Below, piece after piece: positions 1-9,150 of a stretch of 64,000 nt of DNA. Position numbers and translations under genes: made by a program. The notes below the pieces were generated by a model that did no database searches, was not told the DNA's origin, and saw only the letters and a program-made list of their open reading frames with translations. Position 1 is the stretch's first letter, and every line of letters begins with the position of its first letter. This stretch comes from a virus, in the IMG/VR virus record IMGVR_UViG_3300020469_003886, positions 28,103-92,102 of that record. One strand, written 5' to 3'.

Positions 1-1346
1 CCATAGCCTCCACGTTGTAACCAACCTTGAATATTTTTGCCTCTGTCATCAATCAATATATTTTGTGTGCCATCTGCCTGCACAGCATATGAATCTTTTC
101 TACCTACCACAATAATTTCATCTGGTTGTATTCCAAGTTCTCTTTTGATCCATTTGATCTTTTGTACTTTTGAATTTTCGTGATCGCCTCTCAATGGAGA
201 TGATAATATTTTGTAACTACCAAATTCTTTCACAACCATTTGTATCAATTTGTCGGTAGTTGGAAACTTTGGTAATCTATCAAAAAAATCTGTGCCAATC
301 ATTTTATCTAGTGTTGGGTCTGTTTTAGCAGGTGGAATATCTTTGTAATTTCCTGTAGTTACTCCTGCAAGTTTGGCATACTCGGCAAAAAAGTTTGCAA
401 GTACTCCATCCATATCAACATAAGCAATTGGTTTGCCTTGTGGTGCTTCGTCCATATCAAATGATTTACTTTTGTGTTTTGCATAACCTCTTTTGTCTAG
501 TGCTTTTTTATCTTTGTGTGATCCAGCCGCTCCACTTTTTCTAATGGCTTCCATATCTTTCCAATTTGGATCACGTGATTTGATATCTGGCTTCTTTGGC
601 ATTTTTGGTTTGTTTGCCATTTCTGATGTGTTATTTGATTTTTCTAAACTTTTTCTAATTATTTCAATTCTTTTTCCTGCTTCGCCTGTTCTTGATTGGA
701 TTTCATCATCTGTTTTGCCTTTTTTAATTAGTTTGATGATAAGCTCTTTTGTCATTGTTGCATAATTTTCTTGTACTTGTTCTTGAATTCCCATACCTTG
801 TCTTACTTTTGTGTATAATTGTTGTTTTAATTTTTCGCCCCCGTCAATGGTTTGTGAAAATGTTTTAAAGTCACCTGCTTTTGCAAGTGCTCTTGCCTTA
901 GATGCTGACACCCCAGATACATCAGTAGCATCTGCATCTCGTTCACCTGAGCTTACTATTGAAAATTTTTCAATGCCAAAATCTTTTAGGTATGGTCTCA
1001 TTTGTGATTCAAAGTCTTGTTTTCGATCTGAACCAACCACCATAATAACTTCATTGTATTGTTTGCCTAATTCTTCAAGAGCTTCCCACGGTGTGCGAAT
1101 AGATGGGTCATCCATGATATTCATGTGTGGGAACATTGCTCTTAAAAATGTAATTTTATCTTTGTATTGTAATGGATTCTTTTTTGGGTCATTAGTTTTA
1201 CCCGTGAATACATAATGGTCAGCACCACTGGCGGCGTTTTTCACTACGTCCATCAATCGTGCGTGTCCTTTGGTTGGCGGATTGAATCTGCCAAATGTAA
1301 ACACTGCCTTTTCTGCGTTTGGTTCTAATAACTCATTTAAAATCAT
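1..1346 (-). CDS. Cytidyltransferase-like (HxGH) domain fused to HAD-family 5'(3')-deoxyribonucleotidase; 3' end runs off the window
   Basis: Missing from the ORF track because there is no stop in the window. Manual translation from ATG 1346 gives MILNELLEPNAEKAVFTFGRFNPPTKGH...VVGSDR...SASKAR, then in the same frame YVDMDGVLANFF...ILSSP...ILIDDRGKNIQGWLQRGGYG (HAD motifs I and IV). Confidence 0.85.
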   Translation of the reverse strand, partial: MILNELLEPNAEKAVFTFGRFNPPTKGHARLMDVVKNAASGADHYVFTGKTNDPKKNPLQYKDKITFLRAMFPHMNIMDDPSIRTPWEALEELGKQYNEVIMVVGSDRKQDFESQMRPYLKDFGIEKFSIVSSGERDADATDVSGVSASKARALAKAGDFKTFSQTIDGGEKLKQQLYTKVRQGMGIQEQVQENYATMTKELIIKLIKKGKTDDEIQSRTGEAGKRIEIIRKSLEKSNNTSEMANKPKMPKKPDIKSRDPNWKDMEAIRKSGAAGSHKDKKALDKRGYAKHKSKSFDMDEAPQGKPIAYVDMDGVLANFFAEYAKLAGVTTGNYKDIPPAKTDPTLDKMIGTDFFDRLPKFPTTDKLIQMVVKEFGSYKILSSPLRGDHENSKVQKIKWIKRELGIQPDEIIVVGRKDSYAVQADGTQNILIDDRGKNIQGWLQRGGY

Positions 1347-1347
1347 A

Positions 1348-1494
1348 TTATCTTCTTTTACCTTGTCCAGCATATGGTTTGTAAGAACGTCTTTTACTTT
1401 TGTTCATCGATGACATTTTCAATCTGCCGCGACCAATTGTTGTTCTTTTTGCTACATGCTCGATACTAGAGGATTGCCCCATCATCTTTGCCAT
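1348..1494 (-). CDS. Small basic protein (48 aa) of T4-like phage type
   Basis: Manual translation MAKMMGQSSSIEHVAKRTTIGRGRLKMSSMNKSKRRSYKPYAGQGKRR. AGGAG SD upstream; exactly fills the gap between neighbours. Confidence 0.75.
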   Translation of the reverse strand: MAKMMGQSSSIEHVAKRTTIGRGRLKMSSMNKSKRRSYKPYAGQGKRR

Positions 1495-1495
1495 T

Positions 1496-1867
1496 TTATG
1501 CTCCTATTTTTAAATCTACTTCGCTGTACTCATTATCGTCCATCTTTTGTAGTTCCATGTCAGCAATTGATTTGGCCGCTAAATTCCTCACAAGTCCTGG
1601 AAACTTAATTCTTGCCATCGGGCCTGCTTCTTTTTTGGCTACGTTATCAATTAAGTAACGCCATAATTTAATTGCTAGATTGTGATCGTAAACACCTTTG
1701 GCACGTTTACGCATAAGATTTTTGATGATTGGCATATACTGACGTCTATAAAGGTCACCATCATTGGTTGCTAACAGTTCTAATTCATCAGCAAGATCTT
1801 GAACTTTATCAGGGTCAGTAGAACCGTCCTGTACTTCTAGTAAATAATCTTTAAATTGTTTAGTCAT
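1496..1867 (-). CDS. Hypothetical phage protein, possibly head-internal
   Basis: 123 aa ORF; N-terminus MTKQFKDYLLE resembles a T4 capsid-targeting sequence. Confidence 0.65.
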   Translation of the reverse strand: MTKQFKDYLLEVQDGSTDPDKVQDLADELELLATNDGDLYRRQYMPIIKNLMRKRAKGVYDHNLAIKLWRYLIDNVAKKEAGPMARIKFPGLVRNLAAKSIADMELQKMDDNEYSEVDLKIGA

Positions 1868-1933
1868 AACTAATTCCTAAATGTAATGTATATACATCTA
1901 TATTTATGCTGTCAACAATTAAATGATATCTTA

Positions 1934-2527
1934 TTAACTCCAGGGTTTTTTATCAAGATCAACTGTGATGCCCTGTGCTTTTAACCCTTTTATTACATTT
2001 TGTACACCAATTACCTGTCTAAATGTGTCATGTAGTGCATGGTGCTTGTCTGCTTGTGGCATTTGTGCTTGGATTCCAAAGCCAAACAGTGTTCTAGTAT
2101 CTCTTATGTCGTAATAACTCCATGGAACTCCAACTTCCATCTTACGCATAATATTGTCAACAATCATTAGATCAAAGCATGATCCGTGGCTCCAAGGACG
2201 TTTTACACCAAATGAAAACTTACGCAACTCTTTCATTGCGTCTTGTATTGTGATCCTATCACCGTTGTCACCAAATGCTTCATCCTGTGCTTCTTTTGAT
2301 TGTGTTGACCACCAATTGATTGTTTCTTCGTTGACTTTACATCCAAGTGCTGTACATGAATCCAAATCAATTCTTCTGTACATCACTTGATGTGGTGGAA
2401 GATCTGAAACTTTAATTTTGCTGTAATCTGCATGTGGATCAAATCTAATTGCGGCCATAGTAACAATTGCCGCATCGTTAGATGTAGCCAATGTTTCTAA
2501 ATCAATCATTAAATCTGTGTTTGCCAT
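1934..2527 (-). CDS. DEDD 3'-5' exonuclease (Rv2179c/DexA-like)
   Basis: Motifs DLMIDLETL, WSHGSCFD, RDTRT, HHALHD. Start moved to the ATG directly after the promoter. Confidence 0.85.
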   Translation of the reverse strand: MANTDLMIDLETLATSNDAAIVTMAAIRFDPHADYSKIKVSDLPPHQVMYRRIDLDSCTALGCKVNEETINWWSTQSKEAQDEAFGDNGDRITIQDAMKELRKFSFGVKRPWSHGSCFDLMIVDNIMRKMEVGVPWSYYDIRDTRTLFGFGIQAQMPQADKHHALHDTFRQVIGVQNVIKGLKAQGITVDLDKKPWS

Positions 2528-2533
2528 AGTATT

Positions 2534-2561
2534 AATATAGCACAATTTTCCAGAATGTCAA
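2534..2561 (-). promoter_or_regulatory. Sigma70-type promoter, leaderless geometry
   Basis: TTGACA-N16-(TGc)TATATT-N6-ATG. Confidence 0.75.
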
Positions 2562-2564
2562 GAG

Positions 2565-3200
2565 CTATTTTACGAAAGCACCAATTCTTCCATGCACGTC
2601 AGGATAATCAATATATCTATATCCTTTTGGAGGATCAATTGACTGTCCTTCCCAAACAGGAATAAATTCTACTATGTTTTGTTCAAAATCTGGATTTGGT
2701 CTAAAATGAACTTCTATAAGTTTACTACCTATAAATTCACAATTGATGTTCGGCTTATTTGCAAATTGTTCCAATACTTTTGGAAAAGGTATTTGATCAT
2801 CAGTTGCTACCCATTTATCCCATTTGGTAAATGTATCTTCGCTTTTGAATCCTTCAACACACAGCACTTGTTTGCCGTATTGATAATCAACTGACAAATG
2901 TTTTCCTTCGAACCATTCACACCAAAAATATCCAGGATCTAAATCTATTGTGTACTGTGACAGGTACATTTTTTTTGCACCTAATCCTAAGCCCATAACA
3001 TTAACACAAGGTCGTACAATATACCATGCTGGTTCAGGAACATCTATTCCTGCTGGACCACTTTTGTATCCTAACTTTCGAGAAAGTATTAATTTATCGT
3101 AGACCCAAATTTCGTCAGCATCTGCGGTCTTCCAGTAAATGTCTTCTGGTGTGTCTTCATAAATCTTCTTGTTCATCTTTTGTTTTGTATGACCATTCAT
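2565..3200 (-). CDS. Conserved phage hypothetical protein, possibly ATP-grasp-like (start probably 3176)
   Basis: YIVRPCVNVMGLGLGA, WCEWFEG.HLSVD and NCEFIG.KLIEVHFR resemble ATP-grasp segments. Confidence 0.55.
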   Translation of the reverse strand: MNGHTKQKMNKKIYEDTPEDIYWKTADADEIWVYDKLILSRKLGYKSGPAGIDVPEPAWYIVRPCVNVMGLGLGAKKMYLSQYTIDLDPGYFWCEWFEGKHLSVDYQYGKQVLCVEGFKSEDTFTKWDKWVATDDQIPFPKVLEQFANKPNINCEFIGSKLIEVHFRPNPDFEQNIVEFIPVWEGQSIDPPKGYRYIDYPDVHGRIGAFVK

Positions 3201-3807
3201 CTGTGTGACCTACTGACCATTTAGGTGTGTTTTCGACTGTGTAGTTCTGTGAACATACTTTAAAGTCTGGCATCTTTCTATCTGGGTGTACTAAACTTTG
3301 ATCTGTAAATATTACCCTGTTGTTTGGCTGTGCCGCAAACTGACCATTTTCCATTTTAATCATGTTGAATGATTTGTGTTCCGGATCATGCTCTGAAAAA
3401 TTTGTGTTCAACACATTTTGATCTCTGTGACAGTTGTCAATTGTAAAAATGTATTCGCCTTTATGCATTTTTTTATCTTTGCCAAAAAATTCACAATCGC
3501 ATAACAATGGTTTTTTGATCACTGTGATATCATAATCAAAACAATCCCATATCTGTAAATGATCCAATGGCAATTGATTGTCTTTGTCGTAGTCTGTTTT
3601 CCAGACGAATGCTGATAATGGCAACTTATCAAAAGAAGCACCATAGTCTGTTAGTAGTGTTTCAAAGTATAATGCTTTGCCCATTACACTTTTTACTGAT
3701 ACCCATATTCCTGGTGTAAGTTCTCCATGACCTTTTTGTAGATCATATAGATACTCTTTTTTAACGTATACTTCTTGAGGTGGAAGATTGTGGACTAGGA
3801 AGCTCAT
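3157..3807 (-). CDS. Conserved marine-phage hypothetical protein
   Basis: 216 aa ORF with GGAGG SD; GQFAAQPNNR motif. Confidence 0.7.
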   Translation of the reverse strand: MSFLVHNLPPQEVYVKKEYLYDLQKGHGELTPGIWVSVKSVMGKALYFETLLTDYGASFDKLPLSAFVWKTDYDKDNQLPLDHLQIWDCFDYDITVIKKPLLCDCEFFGKDKKMHKGEYIFTIDNCHRDQNVLNTNFSEHDPEHKSFNMIKMENGQFAAQPNNRVIFTDQSLVHPDRKMPDFKVCSQNYTVENTPKWSVGHTDEWSYKTKDEQEDL

Positions 3808-3819
3808 CTGGTGCCTCCG

Positions 3820-5058
3820 TTACCATGCTCTACAACTCCAGTATCTTGCCTTTGTTCTTGGCCCTGGATTTGAGCAGTTATGTCTTGCACGGAAACTTTT
3901 TCTACGTGCTGGGTTTGATTTTTTGATACGCATTGTTTTTGAATCTTTGTTCTTGCCGCCGCCTTGGTGACCAAAACGTACCATTTTTACGTTTCCTGTT
4001 TTAGGATCTTTTACATAAACTTTAAATTTACCTGGCTCATCTGTGCCAGTTCTAATTGGCTTACTTAACTTAACTGTTTTGCCTTTGTACTTGGCTTCAA
4101 ATGTTTGACCAAAATTTCGTTTGTTTTTATCTTTTTTAAAGTAAGGCTCTTTTGCACCTTTTGGTTTGTCGTATGTTTTAGCACCAATTTTAGAGTCTGT
4201 GTCTTTGTATATTGGTTTTGGATTTTTGCCGGGGACCATAAATCCTAATACGCCGCCTTCATCGACACCAAAACCTACAATGTCGTCGCCTAAGATCTTT
4301 GCCGCCTCTGTACAGTTGTCTTCATCAATTTCTGATACACCCATAACTTTCATAAATTCTTCGTGCATAGATTTAGTAATTGGCATCATAGCATAAAAAG
4401 GTTCTAATCCTTTTTCAGTAACAGCATCTTGACCGTACTTTGATGTAACTTTGTTGTATTCGTTAATTTCAGCGCCATCTGAAAGTATACCAGTATCAAT
4501 ATAACCTTTTAGCATTCCTGCTGGTAATTCGTCTCCGTTGCTTCCTTCATAATTTTTGTATTTGTTGTACCAAGCCTCTAATGCTGATTTGTCAACTGCT
4601 TCATTAACATCTTGTTCGTTTTTATCAAAGCCTGCTTGTACCATTTCGTATTCTAAATAATCTTTTACCACTTTTAAGTAATCTGATGCTTTGGTTAGTT
4701 TTGATGCTACCCAACCTTCAATACCTTCACGTTCAGAAACTTTTTGCAACATATCATGAACTGCTTTTGCGTTTTTCATTGCATGGTACATTTGTGATTT
4801 GCCCATGTTCACTTCATGATCTTGTTCTTGTGATTCTTGCTCTTGTGGTTCTTGTTCCATTTCGCAACCACATGCTTCTTCTAAATCTGAAATAAATTTT
4901 AGTGCTTTGTCATCTGCTAGTACAGTAACAGAGTTTTCATCAATTTTTTCGATTGTAGTTGAAATTAATGCTGTGCTTTCGCCAAACTCAAGATCAATTG
5001 CATCACCAACTTGTGGTGTTGCTGATAGAATATCAATATATTTTCTTATATCTTGCAT
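3820..5058 (-). CDS. Putative virion/head-core protein with basic C-terminal DUF6321-like domain
   Basis: Acidic N-terminal part with repeated xxE sites; C-terminus KFKVYVKDPKTGNVKMVRFG...ARRKSFRARHNC...ARYWSCRAW. Confidence 0.6.
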   Translation of the reverse strand: MQDIRKYIDILSATPQVGDAIDLEFGESTALISTTIEKIDENSVTVLADDKALKFISDLEEACGCEMEQEPQEQESQEQDHEVNMGKSQMYHAMKNAKAVHDMLQKVSEREGIEGWVASKLTKASDYLKVVKDYLEYEMVQAGFDKNEQDVNEAVDKSALEAWYNKYKNYEGSNGDELPAGMLKGYIDTGILSDGAEINEYNKVTSKYGQDAVTEKGLEPFYAMMPITKSMHEEFMKVMGVSEIDEDNCTEAAKILGDDIVGFGVDEGGVLGFMVPGKNPKPIYKDTDSKIGAKTYDKPKGAKEPYFKKDKNKRNFGQTFEAKYKGKTVKLSKPIRTGTDEPGKFKVYVKDPKTGNVKMVRFGHQGGGKNKDSKTMRIKKSNPARRKSFRARHNCSNPGPRTKARYWSCRAW

Positions 5059-5062
5059 AATT

Positions 5063-5434
5063 TTATTTATCTCCTACTGCTTGTTTGTAAGCATCTAAGC
5101 CCATTTCCATAGCATCACGTTCTGAATCAGTAAAATTACCAATCACAGGAGTAGTTGATTCTACATCAAAGTCAATTGTCATTACATAATCAAGTGCATC
5201 AAACAACAATTCTGTTTCTTCCGGTGTTAAGTCTCTAGTTGTAGGCATGTCATATGCATGACGCCCATCTTTAATGTGATAAAATACATCTGTGTTTGAT
5301 TTACCAGGCTGACTTATGGTTCTTAGAATACCTTCTGGTACAATTAGTTCAATTGTTTTATATATTATCTGCAAAACTTCATTTGAAAGTTCTTCGTCAA
5401 CATATACTCTTATATGATGTTGATATGATCTCAT
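5063..5434 (-). CDS. Hypothetical protein
   Basis: 123 aa ORF in operon context. Confidence 0.65.
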   Translation of the reverse strand: MRSYQHHIRVYVDEELSNEVLQIIYKTIELIVPEGILRTISQPGKSNTDVFYHIKDGRHAYDMPTTRDLTPEETELLFDALDYVMTIDFDVESTTPVIGNFTDSERDAMEMGLDAYKQAVGDK

Positions 5435-5443
5435 TCTTAATCC

Positions 5444-5803
5444 TTAATCTTTTTTCTTGCTTGTGCCTGCATACAAACCAAACCAAGCCGCACCTGCACC
5501 AACAACCACTGAAACTAATCCTGATTGTTCTAATGTTGGACTTGCTAACTCCATATACCATACCACTACAGTATATAGTAGGTATATGTATGTTGTGATA
5601 AAAACTCTTGGAAAAATTCTCCAGGCATCAACAGCTCTAGCCAAATAGATTAACCATTTAAAAGGATTTTCTGAACTGTCTATAGTGTTAGTGTCAACTT
5701 CTAGATCAATCTGTACTTTTTTCTTTATATCTACTGACTTTGGTGCTTCTGCTGGTTTTGATACACTTTCTGTATTTTCTGTATTTTCTACATTTTTTGC
5801 CAT
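5444..5803 (-). CDS. Two-TM membrane protein (holin-like, function unproven)
   Basis: AWRIFPR followed by two hydrophobic helices; GATAAATA late-promoter variant upstream. Confidence 0.6.
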   Translation of the reverse strand: MAKNVENTENTESVSKPAEAPKSVDIKKKVQIDLEVDTNTIDSSENPFKWLIYLARAVDAWRIFPRVFITTYIYLLYTVVVWYMELASPTLEQSGLVSVVVGAGAAWFGLYAGTSKKKD

Positions 5804-5845
5804 GTGAATTACCTTTAAAATATTATATGCAGATATTTATCTTTT

Positions 5846-5879
5846 TGAAAGAAGGTGCCCTAGGAACTAGAGCACCTAT
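5846..5879 (-). terminator. Rho-independent terminator
   Basis: AGGTGCTCTAG-TTC-CTAGGGCACCT followed by TCTTTC on the minus strand. Confidence 0.6.
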
Positions 5880-5885
5880 AAAAGT

Positions 5886-6110
5886 TTATTTTTTAGTGAA
5901 AATCCAGTACAAAATCCATAGTGCTACTAGCCCTACCAAACCTTGACTGCCGATTTGATTTACAATTGCGATAATGTTTGCCACAACATCAAGGTCATAA
6001 AAACCAATCAGTTTGTCACCAAACAATACTTGCAATACAACACCAAATGAAATTAACGTAATTCCTACTTCAGTTAATTTTTTGACGCCATTGATTATTT
6101 TATCCCACAT
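5886..6110 (-). CDS. Small two-TM membrane protein
   Basis: 74 aa hydrophobic ORF; AAGGAG SD. Confidence 0.7.
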   Translation of the reverse strand: MWDKIINGVKKLTEVGITLISFGVVLQVLFGDKLIGFYDLDVVANIIAIVNQIGSQGLVGLVALWILYWIFTKK

Positions 6111-6315
6111 AAGTAATCTCCTTACTGCGTTGATGTACTCATCAACTGTGCTTTATTTAATGTAGAGTTAATTGACCATTAAAAACTATGTTTATGTAGG
6201 TAGTGTTTGTGATAAATGCATAGTTATCACGTACTGTAGGGCCCTTAAAATAGGATTAAGACACCAATATAGTGATATTTTAGCAAATTATATTATTGTT
6301 TTTAAACAATATTAT

Positions 6316-6324
6316 TGTGGATAA
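6316..6324 (-). promoter_or_regulatory. Perfect DnaA box (TTATCCACA) in a 240 bp AT-rich intergenic region
   Basis: Plus strand reads tgtggataa; function not shown. Confidence 0.4.
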
Positions 6325-6349
6325 GTTGGCCAAAGTTGACCTAGTTGAA

Positions 6350-8431
6350 TTATGTTAGATCTTCGTAATCTATTGTGATTGTGTCTGCATCAGTGATTGC
6401 ACCATAATCATGATTACTAATTGCTGACTGTGTAACTGCACCATAGTTAGTTTCTTCACCTGTTGGCAATGTAGATCCAAGTATCACCCAACTTGCACCA
6501 TTGTAACCTTCAAATCTATCTGTGCTTGAATTAAATCTAAACATGCCAACCACTGGAGTAGTAGGTCTTTGTGCTGTTGTTCCCACCGGCAGTATCAATG
6601 CCCCAGTGCTTGTGATTTTTGCATTGCCAGTTCCGTTGGGTTCTATTTCAACATCACCATTTGATGTTGATACAATTTTGTTTCCATTAACATCTAAATC
6701 CCCACCAAGTTGTGGTGTTGTGTCTTCTACCACTGAAGTTGGCACTGTGGCAAAACTTAAACTGCCTGAGCCATCTGTTTGTAAAAATTGACTTGCTGTG
6801 CCGTCTGACGTTGGTAACGTATATGCTCCATTTACACTAACTGTTCCTGTAGTTTGTACGCCTGTTGGTGTTGTTTTAATTTTTTCACTTCCATAATGAT
6901 ACAATTTTGCTTCACCAGTTGAACCGTCTGCTTTAAAGTAATCTGCTGTACTGCCACTGCCATCATCTGAAACTATTGTAACATCGCTATCGTCAGCATA
7001 AGTTCTAATAATAATATTACCAGTTGTTTCGTTGATTACAAGATCACTGCCTGTGTGTTTTATATTTGCATCACTGTCAGTGCCAAGTATAATTTCATCA
7101 CTGTCAGCCATTTTAATGTTACTGCCGTTTGATTCTAAATGACCACCTAATTGTGGTGTTGTATCAAGTACTAAATCTGTACCAGGAATATCAACTGTTA
7201 ATGCAACTGTACCAGATGCATCTGGTAATGTAATTGTTCTGTCTGCTGTTGGATCAGTTGCTGTTATAGTTGTTTCGTATGCATCTGCTGTTGCACCTTC
7301 TAAAATAATATCTCCACCAGTACCAATATAAAAATCTGTACCATTTAATAGTTGAAATTGATCACTTCTAAATCTACCCGATATGTTTTGTGATCCACCC
7401 TTGATAAAAGAATACTCCAACATACCATCTTCGGAACCATCTGAAGCATCTAATATTTTACCAGTTATTTTAGCATAGGTAATTTCTTGATCGTTATCAT
7501 TTTCGGCTTTGAATTTAATCTGCCCAATATAGTCAGCATCTGTTGGACTTGCACTATTTCTTTTTAATGCAAAAACAGGTCCTGCTGTGCTTGAATCTTC
7601 TGTGGTTGTAATTAACAAACTATCATCTGTTGATGTGTTTGCAATTGCTAATGTTCCTGATGCTGTTCCTGAAAACGTTGGACTTGCTAGTGTTTTATTT
7701 GTTAATGTATCTGTAGTATCTTGCAATACAATTGTGCCTGTAGCATTTGGAATCGTAACTGTCCTGTCCGCTGTTGGATCTGCAACTGTTAGTGTTGTTT
7801 CGTGTGCATCTGCTGTGGCACCTTCGAACGTGAATGAATTCGTTACTGCTATTGTAGATGAATCAATTGTTGTTGTTGAACCTTGTACAGTTAAATCACC
7901 TGTTACTGTTAGGTTTGTCATCGATGACGTACCAGTTACTGATATTGGATCAGCGAACGTAATTGGATTTGCATTTGAAGAACTAATAGATTTAGTTGCA
8001 TTTACTATAACATCACCATCAAAATTAACTTGTCCTGATGCTGTAGTAAATGTAATATCACCTGTGCTTGATGTAGTGAAATTCAAACCTGCCGCACTTT
8101 GCATTGTGGTTTGACCTGTACCGTGCGTTTTTATGTGTAAACTTTGATCAACTGACGTTGATAGTGTAATTGATCCTGAATCATCTTCAAGAACTTTTTT
8201 ACCATTTATGTATAATGATCCTGGACCTACATATACATCACGCCACATTAGACTTGATGTACCTAGATCGTATGTAACGTTTGCTGATGGAACTAAATGT
8301 CCAGTAATTGAAGCAACTGACCCACTGGCACCACTGGCATTTATAGCCCCTGCTTTTAATGTGCCGTCGGCTGATTTGCCAACTTGAAAATCGGAATTAC
8401 TAGTTCCTTTTAAGTTATATGTTACTGCCAT
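6350..8431 (-). CDS. Tail fibre / virion structural protein
   Basis: 693 aa, rich in T/S/G/D. Repeats TADA(H/Y)ETT...DPTADRT(V/I)T(I/L)P x2 and DTTPQLGG x2; GTTAQRP...RFNS...FEGYNG motif. Confidence 0.8.
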   Translation of the reverse strand: MAVTYNLKGTSNSDFQVGKSADGTLKAGAINASGASGSVASITGHLVPSANVTYDLGTSSLMWRDVYVGPGSLYINGKKVLEDDSGSITLSTSVDQSLHIKTHGTGQTTMQSAAGLNFTTSSTGDITFTTASGQVNFDGDVIVNATKSISSSNANPITFADPISVTGTSSMTNLTVTGDLTVQGSTTTIDSSTIAVTNSFTFEGATADAHETTLTVADPTADRTVTIPNATGTIVLQDTTDTLTNKTLASPTFSGTASGTLAIANTSTDDSLLITTTEDSSTAGPVFALKRNSASPTDADYIGQIKFKAENDNDQEITYAKITGKILDASDGSEDGMLEYSFIKGGSQNISGRFRSDQFQLLNGTDFYIGTGGDIILEGATADAYETTITATDPTADRTITLPDASGTVALTVDIPGTDLVLDTTPQLGGHLESNGSNIKMADSDEIILGTDSDANIKHTGSDLVINETTGNIIIRTYADDSDVTIVSDDGSGSTADYFKADGSTGEAKLYHYGSEKIKTTPTGVQTTGTVSVNGAYTLPTSDGTASQFLQTDGSGSLSFATVPTSVVEDTTPQLGGDLDVNGNKIVSTSNGDVEIEPNGTGNAKITSTGALILPVGTTAQRPTTPVVGMFRFNSSTDRFEGYNGASWVILGSTLPTGEETNYGAVTQSAISNHDYGAITDADTITIDYEDLT

Positions 8432-8546
8432 TTCATCTCCATGTCAGCCCTTCTTTTCCACTTATGGACTGTCCGGGCATAAGCCCAAGTCATAGATAAT
8501 ATATGTACTTTAATTTATTTATCTATATAGTTTATTTTATTGGTTT

Positions 8547-8783
8547 TTATAAATTGAGTTGGTATCTTAGTTGCCAACGTTCTAACATCAACTTGTCCAT
8601 TTGGTCTTGGCTCTCATAACTAGATTTATGAGCAAGTTCTTGTATTTCAGCTTCTACCTGTATCAAACGTTGTTTTTTAGGATTCTTAGTTTGTTTAGAT
8701 GGTTGTTGGTCATAGTGTTTTACACTATTATTTGGTTTTGTATTCGTATTACGTTTCTGTATGTTTTTGCGTCTATATATCAT
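8547..8783 (-). CDS. Hypothetical basic protein
   Basis: 78 aa ORF immediately after tRNA-Asn. Confidence 0.5.
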   Translation of the reverse strand: MIYRRKNIQKRNTNTKPNNSVKHYDQQPSKQTKNPKKQRLIQVEAEIQELAHKSSYESQDQMDKLMLERWQLRYQLNL

Positions 8784-8789
8784 AATTTG

Positions 8790-8865
8790 TGGCTCCGCAG
8801 GCAGGACTCGAACCTGCGACCAATTGATTAACAGTCAACTGCTCTACCAACTGAGCTACTGCGGA
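8790..8865 (-). tRNA. tRNA-Asn(GTT)
   Basis: Cloverleaf TCCGCAG..GTTGA CT GTT AA TCAAT..TTCGAGT..CTGCGGA G CCA; CCA is encoded. Confidence 0.97.
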
Positions 8866-9110
8866 ATAATATGAGCCTGAACTGTATTTGTTTCTTCATC
8901 GTATAACACATCAATTAATCTTCCTGTTCTACGACTTACAATAAATGGCATCATTTTGTGTTGACTATTTTCATAAACAACATCAACATCACAGTAGTAC
9001 ATCTTATCTATTCCTTGCTTTGCAAGTTCATCCTCAACACATTCGCGACAACGTCTTTGACGAATCAAAAGTGTAATATCAATGATATCTAAATTATTTT
9101 CTTCTGCCAT
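8856..9110 (-). CDS. Hypothetical protein; stop codon lies inside tRNA-Asn
   Basis: ORF MAEENNLD...HIIPQ*; TAG at 8856-8858 corresponds to tRNA positions 8-10. Confidence 0.55.
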   Translation of the reverse strand: MAEENNLDIIDITLLIRQRRCRECVEDELAKQGIDKMYYCDVDVVYENSQHKMMPFIVSRRTGRLIDVLYDEETNTVQAHIIPQ

Positions 9111-9150
9111 AATGAGTGTAACTTTGTACACTATTATTTAGCAAAAAAAA

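Noticed and set aside
6350-8431. DGR or invertible tail-fibre variation suggested by internal repeats
   Set aside because: The repeats are diverged protein modules; no reverse transcriptase, template repeat or invertase is in the window.
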